Under the pieces are notes generated by a model. It was not told the origin of the DNA, did not search any database, and worked only from the letters and a program-made list of their open reading frames with translations. 64,000 nt of DNA, taken from assembly GCA_030390025.1 (NCBI GenBank), contig CM059438.1:62498001-62562000 (forward strand). Direction: 5' to 3'. Of this stretch, positions 1-11,207 are shown piece after piece. A program made the translations under genes and the position numbers. The first letter of the stretch is position 1. Every line of letters starts with the position of its first letter. This DNA is from Squalus acanthias (Eukaryota).

Positions 1-130
1 AGTGCGTTCCATGTCATAACAACCCTATGTGAAATAATTTCTCCTCATTTCCCTTCTAAGAACATAAGAAATAAGAGCAGGAGTAGGCCTTAAGGCCCCT
101 CGAGCCTACTCCGCCATTCAATAAGATCAT

Positions 131-307
131 AAGTGAGAAGTCGTACAACACCAGGTTATAGTCCAACAGCTTTATTTGAAATCACAAGCTTTCGGAGCGC
201 TCCGAAAGCTTGTGATTTCAAATAAAGCTGTTGGACTATAACCTGGTGTTGTGCGACTTCTCACTTTTGTCCACCCCAGTCCAACACCGGCATCTCCGCA
301 TCATGGC
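131..307. mobile_element. Short fold-back insertion derived from the Penelope-like terminal repeat
   Basis: 136-bp palindrome 131-266 (one mismatch, centre 198/199) plus tail; TSD CAATAAGATCAT at 119-130 and 308-319. Confidence 0.85.
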
Positions 308-1445
308 CAATAAGATCATGGCTGATCATTGACCTCAACTCCACTTTCCCGCCCGATCTCCATATCCCTTGATTCCCCTAGAGTCCAAAAATCTATCTAT
401 CTCAGCCTTGCATATATAAATATCTTGAATTATATACCTCAACACCAATATATTAAAAACTTTAGACAAAATATTTCCTTCGACAGAATGTGTCACTTAA
501 TTTAGGATGCAAAATATTGATCATTCATCTAATAGCTGATTTTTTTGTCGTAACTAACCAGAATTGCCAAAAACCCTATAAACTCAAAATCCCAAAGATG
601 CCTCTAGCAACTAAGAAGCCAAAGAAAAGCTAGAATGTTATAAAGAAGTAAACACAACAAATGTCATAACTTTCAACAGTGAATCATTTACAGAAAGATC
701 AGTTAACAATCTACTGCAATGGGAGACAGAAGCAGTTTTTGACCTGCACTCACTAGGGAAATTTTTTATATGTTTTTAGATAGCTTAAGTATGATGTAAA
801 ATTAAGCTTCAGATAACTGTAGCTGAAACAGTTCCCTTGTTTCTGTCACAGGAGTGGCCAACATACATAACTGTCCAAAGATACCCTGTTTCAATTAGAG
901 GTGGCCAACCGTTGTTATCAGTGCCACTGCCTACATGCAAACTGGTTAGGTGAAGGTGTGCTTGGTAATTTTTTTTAAACTACAAGAGTGGAAAGTAGAC
1001 AAAATGTTTAATATTTAATGGATAAACCATCAAGAGTGCTTTGTTCGAAAGAGAATCAGATTGTGCATTGTTTAAAAGTTCTTTTGCCAATTATTTTAAG
1101 TCTATGGCCTCTGGTTACCGATCCACTTGCCAGAGGAATCCATTTCTCCCGACTTGCTTGATCAAAATCCCTCATAATTTTGAACACCTCTATTAGATCT
1201 CCCCTTAACCTTCTCTGCTCCAAGGAGAACAATCCCAGCTTCTCCAATCTCTCCACATAACTGAAGTCCCTCATCCCTGATATCATACTGGTAAACCTCC
1301 TCTGTCCCCTCTTCAAGGCCTTGACATCCTTCCTAAAGTGTGGTGCCCAGAACTGTACACAATACTCCAGCTCAGGCTGAACCAGAGATTTATAAAAGCT
1401 TAGCATGACTGCCTTGTTTTTGTATTCAATGCCCCTATTTACAAA

Positions 1446-2504
1446 ATTGAGAGGTCGCACAACACCAGGTTATAGTCCAACAGTTTTATTTGAAATCACA
1501 AGCTTTCGGAGCTATCGATTGCTCCTTCCTCAGGTGAAGTAAATTAGATACAGAATCGCCAAAGCATATATAGATAGAGAACAAAGCATGTGTACCTTAC
1601 AATTGCAGACCACTAAATTAAATCATCCTGACTATCTGCCGAGGTGTGATAAAGTTAATTAAGTCAGCCAGGAAGGTACCACATCAAAGACATAGCAAGA
1701 TACAACTGAGACAATGAGGTGTAGTCGCAGGGGTTCTAACGTGTCAAAAGCTGCCGTCTGTATGTAAAACGAAAAGCTTTAAAACTTTTTACTTTTTTAC
1801 TGGGAAAATTTTTACTTTTTTACTGGGAATCACATCTGTGAACAAGCCAACGACGACTCGAGTCCGGATCACGTCATGTATCGTGACATAAACCCAAGAT
1901 CCCGGTTGAGACCGTCTTCATGAGTGCGGAACTTGGCTATCAGTTTCTGCTCGATGATTTTGCGTTGTCGTGTGTTTCTAAGGTTGCCTTGGAGAACGCT
2001 TACCCGCAGATCCGAGGCTGAATGTCCTTGACTGCTGAAGTGTTCCCCGACTGGGAGGTAACAATCCTGCCTGGCGATTGTTGCGCGGTGCTCGTTCATA
2101 CGTTGTCTCAGTGTCTGCATGGTCTCGCCGATGTACCATGCCGCGGTGCATTCTTTCCTGCAACGTATGAGGTAGACAACGTTGGCCGAGTCACATGAGT
2201 ATGTACCATGTACCTGGTGGGTAGTGTCCTCACGTGTGATGGTGGTATCTGTGTTGATGATCTGGCATGTCTTGCAGAGTTTGCCATGGCAGGGTTGTGT
2301 GGTGTCGTGGTCGCTGTTATCCTGAAAGCTGGGTAATTTGCTGCGAACGATGGTACTTCTGAGGTTAGGCGGCTGTTTGAAGGCAAGTAGTGGAGGCGTG
2401 GGGATGGCCTTAGCGAGGTGTTTGTCGTCATCGATGACATGTTGAAGGCTGCGAAGAACATGGCGTAGTTTCTCCGCTCCGGGGAAGTACTGGACGACGT
2501 AGGG
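1446..2504 (-). mobile_element. 5'-truncated Penelope-like retroelement (probably Neptune type): GIY-YIG endonuclease ORF end, 3' UTR and hammerhead-bearing terminal repeat
   Basis: Unbroken frame 2504->1869 (212 codons): ...AFKQPPNLR...PCHGKLCKTC...SCDSANVVYLIRC...WYIGETMQTLRQRMNEH...VGEHF...GLN. Flanked by the 10-bp TSD TATTTACAAA (1436-1445 / 2505-2514) inside a CR1 LINE. Confidence 0.9.
1496..1537 (-). ncRNA. Minimal type I hammerhead ribozyme motif, family 1
   Basis: ucac-CUGAGGA-a-ggagc(aaucgaua)gcucc-GAAA-gc-UU-guga. Confidence 0.75.
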
Positions 2505-2938
2505 TATTTACAAAGCCAGGTTTCCCATACGCTTTCTTAACTGCCTTATCAACTTGCCCTGCCACCTTTAAAGATTTCTGAATATGCACCCCCCCCAGGT
2601 CCCTCTGCTTTTGCACCCCCTCAAAATAGTACCATTTAGATTATACTGCCTCTCCATGTTGTTCCTCCCAAAGTGCATCACTTCACACTTAATCTGCATT
2701 AAATTGCATCTGCCATGTGTCTGCCCATTTCACCAGTCTGTCTTATGTCCTCCTGAAGTCTGCTACAATCCTGCTCACTATTTACTACATTGCCAAGTTT
2801 TGTATCAAGCTTTGAAATTGTACTTCCTGTACCCATGTCCAGATTATTTATGATGTGGAGATGCCGGCGTTGGACTGGGGTGGACAAAAATGAGAAGTCG
2901 CACAACACCAGGTTATAGTCCAACAGATTTATTTAATT

Positions 2939-2977
2939 TTACAAGCTTTCGAAGCAGTTCGCTCCTTCGTCAGGTAA
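2939..2977 (-). ncRNA. Minimal type I hammerhead ribozyme motif, family 1
   Basis: uuac-CUGACGA-a-ggagc(gaacu)gcuuc-GAAA-gc-UU-guaa. Confidence 0.75.
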
Positions 2978-3075
2978 GTTAGCAATGAGAGAATCTCCCA
3001 GAATTCAGGGAATAATGTGAATAGATTTTGTCTGGGTTTAAATTGTGAATTCTGGGAGATTCTCTCATTGCTAAC

Positions 3076-3114
3076 TTACCTGACGAAGGAGCGAACTGCT
3101 TCGAAAGCTTGTAA
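3076..3114 (+). ncRNA. Minimal type I hammerhead ribozyme motif, family 1
   Basis: uuac-CUGACGA-a-ggagc(gaacu)gcuuc-GAAA-gc-UU-guaa. Confidence 0.75.
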
Positions 3115-4439
3115 AATTAAATAAATCTGTTGGACTATAACCTGGTGTTGTGCGACTTCTCAGATTATTTATATATAAGGAAAGCAGTGATGCTAATACC
3201 AACCCCTGGGGGACCCAACTGCATACTTCCCTCCAGTCAGAAAAACATCCGTTCACCACTGCTCTCTGCCTCCTATCCCTTAGCCAATTATGTACCCAAG
3301 TTACCACCGCCATTTTAATACCATGTGCTTCGTCCTAGATCTCCTGAGATTTCCCCCTCTCTCACCTTTCTTGGGGTAACACTTCGGTTAGCCCCTGATG
3401 CAAAGAATTGCAGCTCCGCTATCATTCCAGCAACAGTCAACACCTTCAGGATAGCATAGGTGAAAATTGGGAGGGAAGGGGGAATTACAGTTGAAGTGTG
3501 CACATGAGTATAAACCAGCCTAGAGTTGTTTCTCACAACAAAAGGCCATTAACATCTTACTATGTTAGAGGTTCCCTGTGGCAGTCCAACTCCTTCTGCT
3601 AACTAAGCAAAGAGGGAACATTGAACCTGTACATATCAATGCAAGCCTTTTGTTCCGTTTCTTTTTCTTTCCTCTCTCTGCATGATGCTGTATGTTGCTG
3701 CTCCAGCTTGCAGTGCCACCATGTCACTTGGAAAGTGTCAGGTTGCTTTTCAATCCAATACTTTAGTACATGTCAGCTCAGAAACCTGTCCCATTTATAA
3801 AATGGCCAGCTTCTGGAACCAGGAAGTGCAGGAAACCAGCTCTCTCGATGGTGAATGCCTCGCATTGTGTGATATTAAGCCGGAAGCGATATCATTTGGT
3901 GCCACTCCTGCTCCTAGGTTTCTGCTCCTGATCGCAGTGTTGAGTGGGGAGCTCAGCTGTAATGCCCTCTATGGAGGAATGGCCAGCAAAAAAACTCACT
4001 GTCCAGGCTCTCGTGTACAACTTGAGAAGGTTTGTCAGGGCTCTGGAACCGCACCTGAGTGAGAATCACCACCACCTGGGGACATGCTGAAAAAAAATGG
4101 AAAAGACACAGGAGTTGTCACCACCCATTCCCTTCATTGCGTGGCTGGCTCACTAATTCACAAACGGTGCTCATGACTGCATGGCATCTTATAAAACTTT
4201 GCTTTTATTCAGCCAGTTCAAGAGGAGAAGGGGGTCTACAGATCATTGTCACTCTGTCAAAATCCTGAAACTCCACCTAACAGCACTGCGGGGGCACCTT
4301 CACCACATGGACTGCAGTGGTTCAAGAAGGCGGCCCATCACCTTCTCAAGGGCAGCTAGGGATGGGCAATAAATGAATTTAAAAGGATGTTTGCGAGATG
4401 GCCATAGGCTGGCAATGGCCCTGCCATTCAGGAGCATAG

Positions 4440-5035
4440 TCATAGTCATAGAGTTATACAGCACAGAAAGAGGCCCTTCGGCCCATCGTGTCCACGCCGG
4501 CCATCAAGCCCTGTCTATTCTAATCCCATTTTCCAGCACTTGGTCCATAGCCTTGTATGCTATGGCGTTTCAAGTGCTCATCTAAATGCTTCTTGAATGT
4601 TGTGAGGGTTCCTGCCTCTACCACCCTTTCAGGCAGTGAGTTCCAGATTCCAACCACCCTCTGGGTGAAAAAGTTTTTCCTCAAATCCCCTCTAAACCTC
4701 CTGCCCCTTACCTTGAAACTACGCCCCCTGGTTATTGACCCCTCTACTAAGGGGAAAAGTTCCTTTCTATCTACCCTATCTATGCCCCTCATAATTTTGT
4801 ACACCTCAATCAGGTCCCCCCTCAGCCTTCTCTGCTCTAAGGAAAACAACCCCAGTCTGTCCAGTCTCTCTTCATAGCTGAAGTGCTCCAGCCCAGGTAA
4901 CATCCTGGTTAATCTCCTCTGCACCCTCTCCAATGCAATCACATCCCTCCTATAGTGTGGTGACCAGAACTGCACACAGTATTCCAGCTGTGGCCTAACT
5001 AGCGTTTTGTACAGCTCCATCATAACCTCCTGCAT
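4440..5035 (-). mobile_element. CR1 LINE 3' fragment
   Basis: LVRPQLEYCVQFWSPH...RGDLIEVYKI...FFTQRVVGIWNSLP with a microsatellite-like tail; near-identical to 53220-53910. Confidence 0.9.
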
Positions 5036-5769
5036 AAGCCCCTCAATTCAAGTAGTTTCAAGAGTGAGACCAACAACTGAATTAGGTTCATGACACTGAT
5101 TGAGTTTCCTCGGTTCAGTATTCCAAAAGGATCTTAGTTAAATTAACATACAAATCCCACAATATTTTGGAGAATAAACACATCTTTTTTAAAAAAATTA
5201 TTCACTTTTCTCCCTTCCTCTCCTGAAGGCAGCAACTCTTGTTGGGTTAGAGTTATGCAGGTGCTGACGCCAGTTCCTCCCCAGGTAGCCATTCCTTGTG
5301 TGTGAGGCTGAGATGTAGAGCGGTAGCAGGCTACTCGACCATGGAAGGCTTCGTAGCAGGGCCTGTTGTTGCCTCAACATCCACACATACACGTCGAGCA
5401 GGAATGGCTGGACATCAATCATGAGCAGGAACCCTGGCTTATCTTCCCCCTCCCTAGCCTGGGGGAATTGAGGTCAAGTGCAGCACTCCCAACTGCTGCC
5501 TTGATTCAGATCAGCTAACTCAGCACAGAGCAGGAATCAAACCTGGGATCTTCCTGGTTGCTGCAGCTAAGTCGATGCTACACTCAGTGTGGAAGTGGGG
5601 GTGTTCTCCAGCACAGCTTTACTCTGTTTTTCTAGCCACTTCCAGATTGCACTAAAAGTTGTGCTGGTGGTACCATTCACACAACCGCCTACAAGCCAAA
5701 AGTTATCTTGCTGGCGGCCAGGAAGCCTCAGTGGGAAGAAAAATGGGCAATATATTTTAAAAAAACACC

Positions 5770-6230
5770 AAATAAAAACAGAAAATGCTGGAAACACTCA
5801 GCAGGTCAGACAGCATCTGTGCAGAGAGAAACAGAGTTAACGTTTCAGGTCGATGAGCTTTCATCAGAATTGGAAGATGTTCGAGATGAACAGCTTTTTA
5901 AACAAATGCGGAGCAATGAAAAGGGGGCAGGGAAAGAACAAAAGAGAGAGGTCTTGTGATAAGGTGGAAGGTAGGAAAGATTAAATGACAAAAGGGATGA
6001 TGGTGCAAGGCAAAAGAGGGTGGTAATGGGACAAGTATAGAAACAAAAGATGAGTCCAGGGGAGGTGTAAATGGTTACAGTAGAATAGCAGAGGGGGAGG
6101 GTAGCGTGGAAAATCTGGCAGAGGGTTGCTGTAGCCTGGGGAATGCGGTTGTTGAAAGGCGGGGAGACCCCAAGCGCCAGGCCACAACCTCCACCACTCC
6201 CAATGGCTCTGCTGCAGCCATCCTCCAGCA
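5770..6230 (-). mobile_element. Second repeat family (probably a Penelope-like 3' end) with a degenerate family-2 hammerhead at 5835-5871
   Basis: Homologous to 53914-54385 (+) and to short copies at 17400-17530, 20395-20518, 32490-32630 and 62775-62897; CTGATGA...GAAACGTTAACT core. Confidence 0.6.
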
Positions 6231-6255
6231 ACAGCACCCGCTGTTAAAAGAAAAC

Positions 6256-6581
6256 TTGTAACTTTACCTGAGGAAGGGGCGACAGCTCCGAAAGCTTGTA
6301 ATTTTAAATAAATCTGTTGGACTATAACCTGGTATTGTGCGACTTCTCATTTTTGTCCACCCCAGTCCAACGCCGGCATCTCCACATCATAATTCTATGT
6401 AGGAAGGGACACCAACCTGCTCCGGAGTGGAGGAGGCCACAGGGCCCATCCTCAGTTAACCTGGGCCTTAACAGATCAGTAACGATCAAGTTGAACTCCC
6501 TGGTGCTTGGGATGAAGCTGTACCGCGCGGTCATGGATAGTTGATGCTATGGACCTCTGCTGTCCAAGAGGAGTTGCTTGA
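6256..6581 (+). mobile_element. Penelope-like terminal repeat with a 190-bp extension (copy 1)
   Basis: Near-identical reverse complement of 55413-55738; contains a hammerhead motif at 6264-6301. Confidence 0.8.
6264..6301 (+). ncRNA. Minimal type I hammerhead ribozyme motif, family 1
   Basis: uuac-CUGAGGA-a-ggggc(gaca)gcucc-GAAA-gc-UU-guaa. Confidence 0.75.
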
Positions 6582-7220
6582 GAGGCATCTCCGCATCAAA
6601 AGAAAACTTAGCTCCTGTTTTAGAATGACCAGTTACGCAGCTTCGGGGCTGGTCTGGGGCCGTGAAGCAGGTGATTCGCATCGAGGAAGAAACGACCCCC
6701 CCACCCCCCCCATCCTTCCCCCGTGGAAAAGGAAAACCTGTTTTTTTTTTGAGCTGACAGCTTTAATATGGGCCAGTCAGTCACCTTGCAAACAAAATCT
6801 CTGGACAGCCGTGACAATAACCCCAGGACGTTGCCGTACTCCGGACCATCCTAATTCAGGTTGAATGTGATCCCTGCAGGGATCCAGTATAACAAGGCAT
6901 TAGATTCAATTACTGTATTGAAGCAATTCTTAAGCTGAATCACCCCTGCTGTCTTGACTTTCGACTGAATGTTTACATTTGTAGGCATGAAAGATCTGTC
7001 CATTGATGGGTACATTTGGCACACGCCAGATGTCCGAGTCGCTGGTACTCTATAGAAATTTACATACAAGATATTTCTGAGTCTGTCAGAACATTGACAG
7101 CTCTGAGACAAATAGCGGCGCGTTTGTCTCTGATTAGACCCAAGGGTCGCTGCTACAGAATTAAACATAGCTCGAGCCAATTTACGCTGCTTAAACCATG
7201 TTTTTGTTTTGTCTGCTCTG

Positions 7221-7627
7221 TGTCAGCCGTGGCTCAGTGTTAGCACTCTCGCCTCTTTGTCAGAAGGTCGTGGGCTCGAGTCCCACTTCAGAGACTTGAG
7301 CACATAATCTAGGCTGACACGCCAGTGCAGTACTGAGGGAGCGCGGCACTGTCGGAGGTGCTGTATTTCAGCTGAGAGGCTCCTTCTGCCCTCTCAGTTG
7401 GACGTAAAAGATCCCATGGCACTAAGAGGGGTTCTCCCCAGTGTCCTGGTCCAACATCACTAAAAAAAATCTGATTATCTGGTCATTATCACATTGCTGT
7501 TTGTGGGAGCTTGCTGTGCACAAATTGGATGCTGTGTTTCCTACACTTCAAGAAGTACTTGGCTGTAAAGTGCGTTGGGACATCCTGCGGTCATGAAAGG
7601 TGCTATATAAATGCAAGTCTTTCTTTC
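7221..7627 (+). mobile_element. tRNA-derived Deu-type SINE (SacSINE1-like), near full length
   Basis: tRNA head with A/B boxes, central core AAAAGATCCCATGGCACT and TATAAATGCAAGT tail. Further copies at about 9135-9465(-), 13273-13712(-), 20908-21133(-), 52330-52630(-), 52887-53090(-) and 54650-54925(-). Confidence 0.8.
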
Positions 7628-10329
7628 CTCTCCTGATTCAGGCAGGGGTAACGTTCCGCAAGGACAAGCCAAAGCACACAACATGAACAGCGAGCTCTTC
7701 CTCGGCTGAGGTACCAGAGAGCACCTAGCGCCTGTGGAATTGCAGTTCTCCCTGTTTTATTTTTATTCGTTCCTGGGATGTGGGCGTCACTGACAAGGCC
7801 AGCATTTATTGCCCATCCCTAATTGCTCTTGAGAAGGTGGTGGTGAGCCACCTTCTTGAACCGCTGCAGTCCGTGTGGTGAAGATACTCCCACAGTGCTG
7901 ACTTTGTCGTCGTGGTTTGATACAAGTAGCCATTTCAGAGGAAGATAAGGGTCTGGAGTCACATATAGGCCAGACCGGGACATTAGTGAACCAGTTGGGT
8001 TTTACGACAATCCAGTAGTTTTATGATCACCATTACTAATACTAGCTCTTTAATTCCAGATTTTATTTAATTAACTGAATTTAAATTCCCCAGCTGCCGT
8101 GGTGGGATTTGAACTCATGTCTCCAGGCCCCTGGATTACTAGTCCAGTAACATAACCACTATGCTACCTGCACCATACTGTAAAATATTTATCCCTCAAC
8201 CAACATCACTAAAACAGATTATCTGGTCATTATCATATTAGGGGGCATAGTTTTAAAGTAATTGGTAGAAGGATTAGAGGGGGAGAACTTTTTTCACCCA
8301 GAGGGTGGTGGAACGCACTGCCTGACAGGGTGGTAGAGGCAGAAACCCTCATCATATTTAAAAAGTTCTTGGATATGCACTTGAAATGCTGTAACCTACA
8401 AGGCTATGGACCAAGAGCTGGAAAGTGGGATTAGGCTGGAAAGCACTTTTTTGGCCGGCACAGACACGATGGGCCGAATGGTCTCCTTCTGTGCCGTAAA
8501 TTTATATGATTCTAACGGCACCCAGCGCCTGCGGAGCTGCACAAACCCCTCCCCCCGCCTTTCAAAAGGAGCAGCCGGTCCCAACACCCCACTAAAGCCA
8601 ATATAAAAGCAGCGCTCGGATCCTGTCAAATGATCAGTGCTGCTAACACTCGATGTGTCCATCAGTGGATTGATGGCTCCATTTCAGTCACCTCCAGTGA
8701 CAACAGAGCGAGTATTGGTCAATCTGCCCAAAAGAACAGTGAGTGATTAGAATTGAAGTATACAGACTGGCTGTCAGTGCTGAACGCATGTCACCATTGC
8801 CCAGTAGTTACAAATCAACCAGTACCAGAACTTGTGTCTCAAAGCTGCATTCTGAAGGGCTTAATGAGTTGATTTTCGTGACTTACCCTGGGGAATGCAA
8901 AGGGCAGGAAAAAATTAGCCTAGATGTTGAGTGACAGCAGGCCAGTCCCCACCCCCACTCCTTTTACATTGCCCAGGATTTCTTGGATCCGAGGAATGTG
9001 GAGCTGGGTCTGTGGACCCATTGCAAGCATTTAATTGTGGCTAATGGAGGCATCCCTGTCTTTGCGACACATTTTCCGATTGATTCAACCACGGCAGTGC
9101 CTGTAGAAAGCTGGTGCACTGAAAGAATGATAGAACTTGCATTTATATAGCGCCTTTTAAAATGTCAGGACGTCCCAAAGTGTTTTACAACCAATGAAGA
9201 ACTTTTGAAGTATAGTCACTGTTGTAATGTAGGGAAATGCAGCAGCCAATTTGTGCACAGCAAGCTCCCACAAACAGCAATGTGATCATCTGTTTTAGTG
9301 ATGTCAGTTGAGGGTTAAATATTGGCCAGGATACCTCCTGTTCTTCTCCCTCAGCACTGCACTGGAGTGTCAGCCTAGATAATACACTCAAGTCTTTGGA
9401 GTGGGACTTGAACCCACAACCTTCTGACTCCGATGCAAGGGTGCTACCCACGAGCCATGGCTGACGCCTGCTTCCCACCTCCGTGGACCAGATGTTCCGC
9501 AGGCGTCCGGGGGGGGCAGGTCAAAGACAGGGAGGTTAATAGAATTTCAAACACCCAAAGGTCTTTTGTCTGCTCCTCTCCAGGCCCCAGAGGCTTGCAA
9601 CTGTTTGAGAACTAACTCCCCCTTATGCCAGTGTTTGGCACTGCCAGGGAGCAGACCTGTACCAGAAGTGGCTGGGACTGGACCTAGTGGTGCCCCTGGG
9701 CCTGGACAGGTGCCGCACACTTCAGCTGCACCGGCGCCCAGCGGAGCCAAGGAACATTGGCCCTGTTGCCTTATCTAAAACGTCCTGCATCTACATTTCT
9801 AACACGACCTGAAACACTGGAATGGAGAGGAGCTGCAGAGCCCATCGGGTTCAGGTTGACGACTGTTCTTCCTCCTGTGTTCAAAGCCGACCCTAGCTGA
9901 CCTCTTTAGTTCAAGTTCTCTCCCTTCCAGTCCTGAAGGTGCTGACTCACACTGGAGTGCAGTTCCACAGTTGTTGACGTGCCTCCAAATACCTCACCCA
10001 CCTGGCCAATCTTCATGAATGTTGCTAGGCTATTCAAGAATGAAAGGCATCACAATCCTGTTCTCACCTGACACTCACACTGGCACACTTAACGGGGGTG
10101 GGGCGGTGGAGAGGGCGTCAATTAATGGCAGTCAGAAGTGAGGATCTTGGCTGTTTTTCTTTGCCCTCCCCCAGGGACCCGGTACTTCCTGCAGCAGAGG
10201 CCCAAGCCAAAGCCACCTCCTTCAGTGAAGTGCGGCGTCTCCGTTGGTAGATGTGCTGCCTCGTGTATATCGGGAGCTTGTCACCCACTTGGGAACTGCC
10301 ACTGGCAACAATGCAACAAAACAGGACCG

Positions 10330-11207
10330 TTCCCCTTGGAACAGAGCAAGTTAAGAGGTGACCCAACAGAGGTTTTCAAGATGATGAGAGGTTTTTATAG
10401 AGTAAATAGCGAAAAAATATTCCCTCTGGCGAGTGAGTCTATAACTAGAGATCATAGATCCAAAATCATTGGAAAAAGATCTAGAGGGGAGATGAGGAAA
10501 AAATGTTCACTCAGAGAGTTGTCGGGATCTGGAACGCTCGACCTGAAAAGGTGGTGGAAGCTGATTCCATCAATAATTTTAAAAGTTAGTTGAACAGGTA
10601 CTGGAGGTGAGGAACTTACAGGGTTATGGACAAAAAACTTTATAAAGCGCTGGTTAGGCCACAACTGGAGTATTGTGTCCAGTTCTGGTCACCCACACTT
10701 TAGGAAGGATGTGAAGGCCCTTGAGAGGGTGCAGAGGAGATTTACCAGAATGGTTCCGGGGATGGGGGAATCTTAGCTACAAGGACAGGTTGGAGAAGCT
10801 GGATTTGTTTTCATTAGAGCAAAGGAGGTTGAGGGGTGATTTGACAGAGGTGTACAAGATTATGACGGGTTTGGATAGGCTAGACGGGGAAAGGCTGTTC
10901 CCACTAGTTGATGATACAAGGACTAGGGACACAGATTTAAGGTTTTGGGCAAGAGATACAGGGGGGATGTGAGGAAAAACTTTTTTACGCAGCGAGTGGT
11001 GAGGACCTGGAACTCGCTGCCGACGGAAGTGGTGGAAGCAGAGACACTCAATGTTTTCAAGGGAAGACTGGATAGGCACTTGAGGGACATAAACTTGCTG
11101 GGCTACGGGGATAGAGCGGGGGAATGGGACTGACTGGATTGCTCTACAGAGAGCCGGCACGGACTCGATGGGCCGAATGGCCTCCTTCTGTGCCGTTTTG
11201 ACTCTAT
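10330..11207 (+). mobile_element. Two adjacent CR1 LINE 3' fragments
   Basis: LEQRRLRGDLTEVYKI and [15 protein letters not shown] motifs with a CR1-type 3' UTR. Confidence 0.8.

Larger units (their letters stand above)
2852..3160. mobile_element. Fold-back Penelope-like terminal-repeat insertion with a hammerhead motif on each strand
   Basis: 117-bp inverted arms 2891-3007 / 3046-3162 with a 38-nt loop; TSD CAGATTATTTAT at 2840-2851 and 3161-3172. Confidence 0.85.
1080..3330 (-). mobile_element. CR1 LINE ORF2 fragment split by two Penelope-like insertions
   Basis: LEYCVQFWAPH...[27 protein letters not shown] and WVHNWLRDRRQRAVVNGCFSDW..V..VPQG segments resume across the TSDs. Confidence 0.85.

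Noticed and set aside
7221..7290. tRNA gene-like sequences (also 12084, 18133, 27700)
   Set aside because: These are tRNA-derived SINE heads continuing into SINE bodies.
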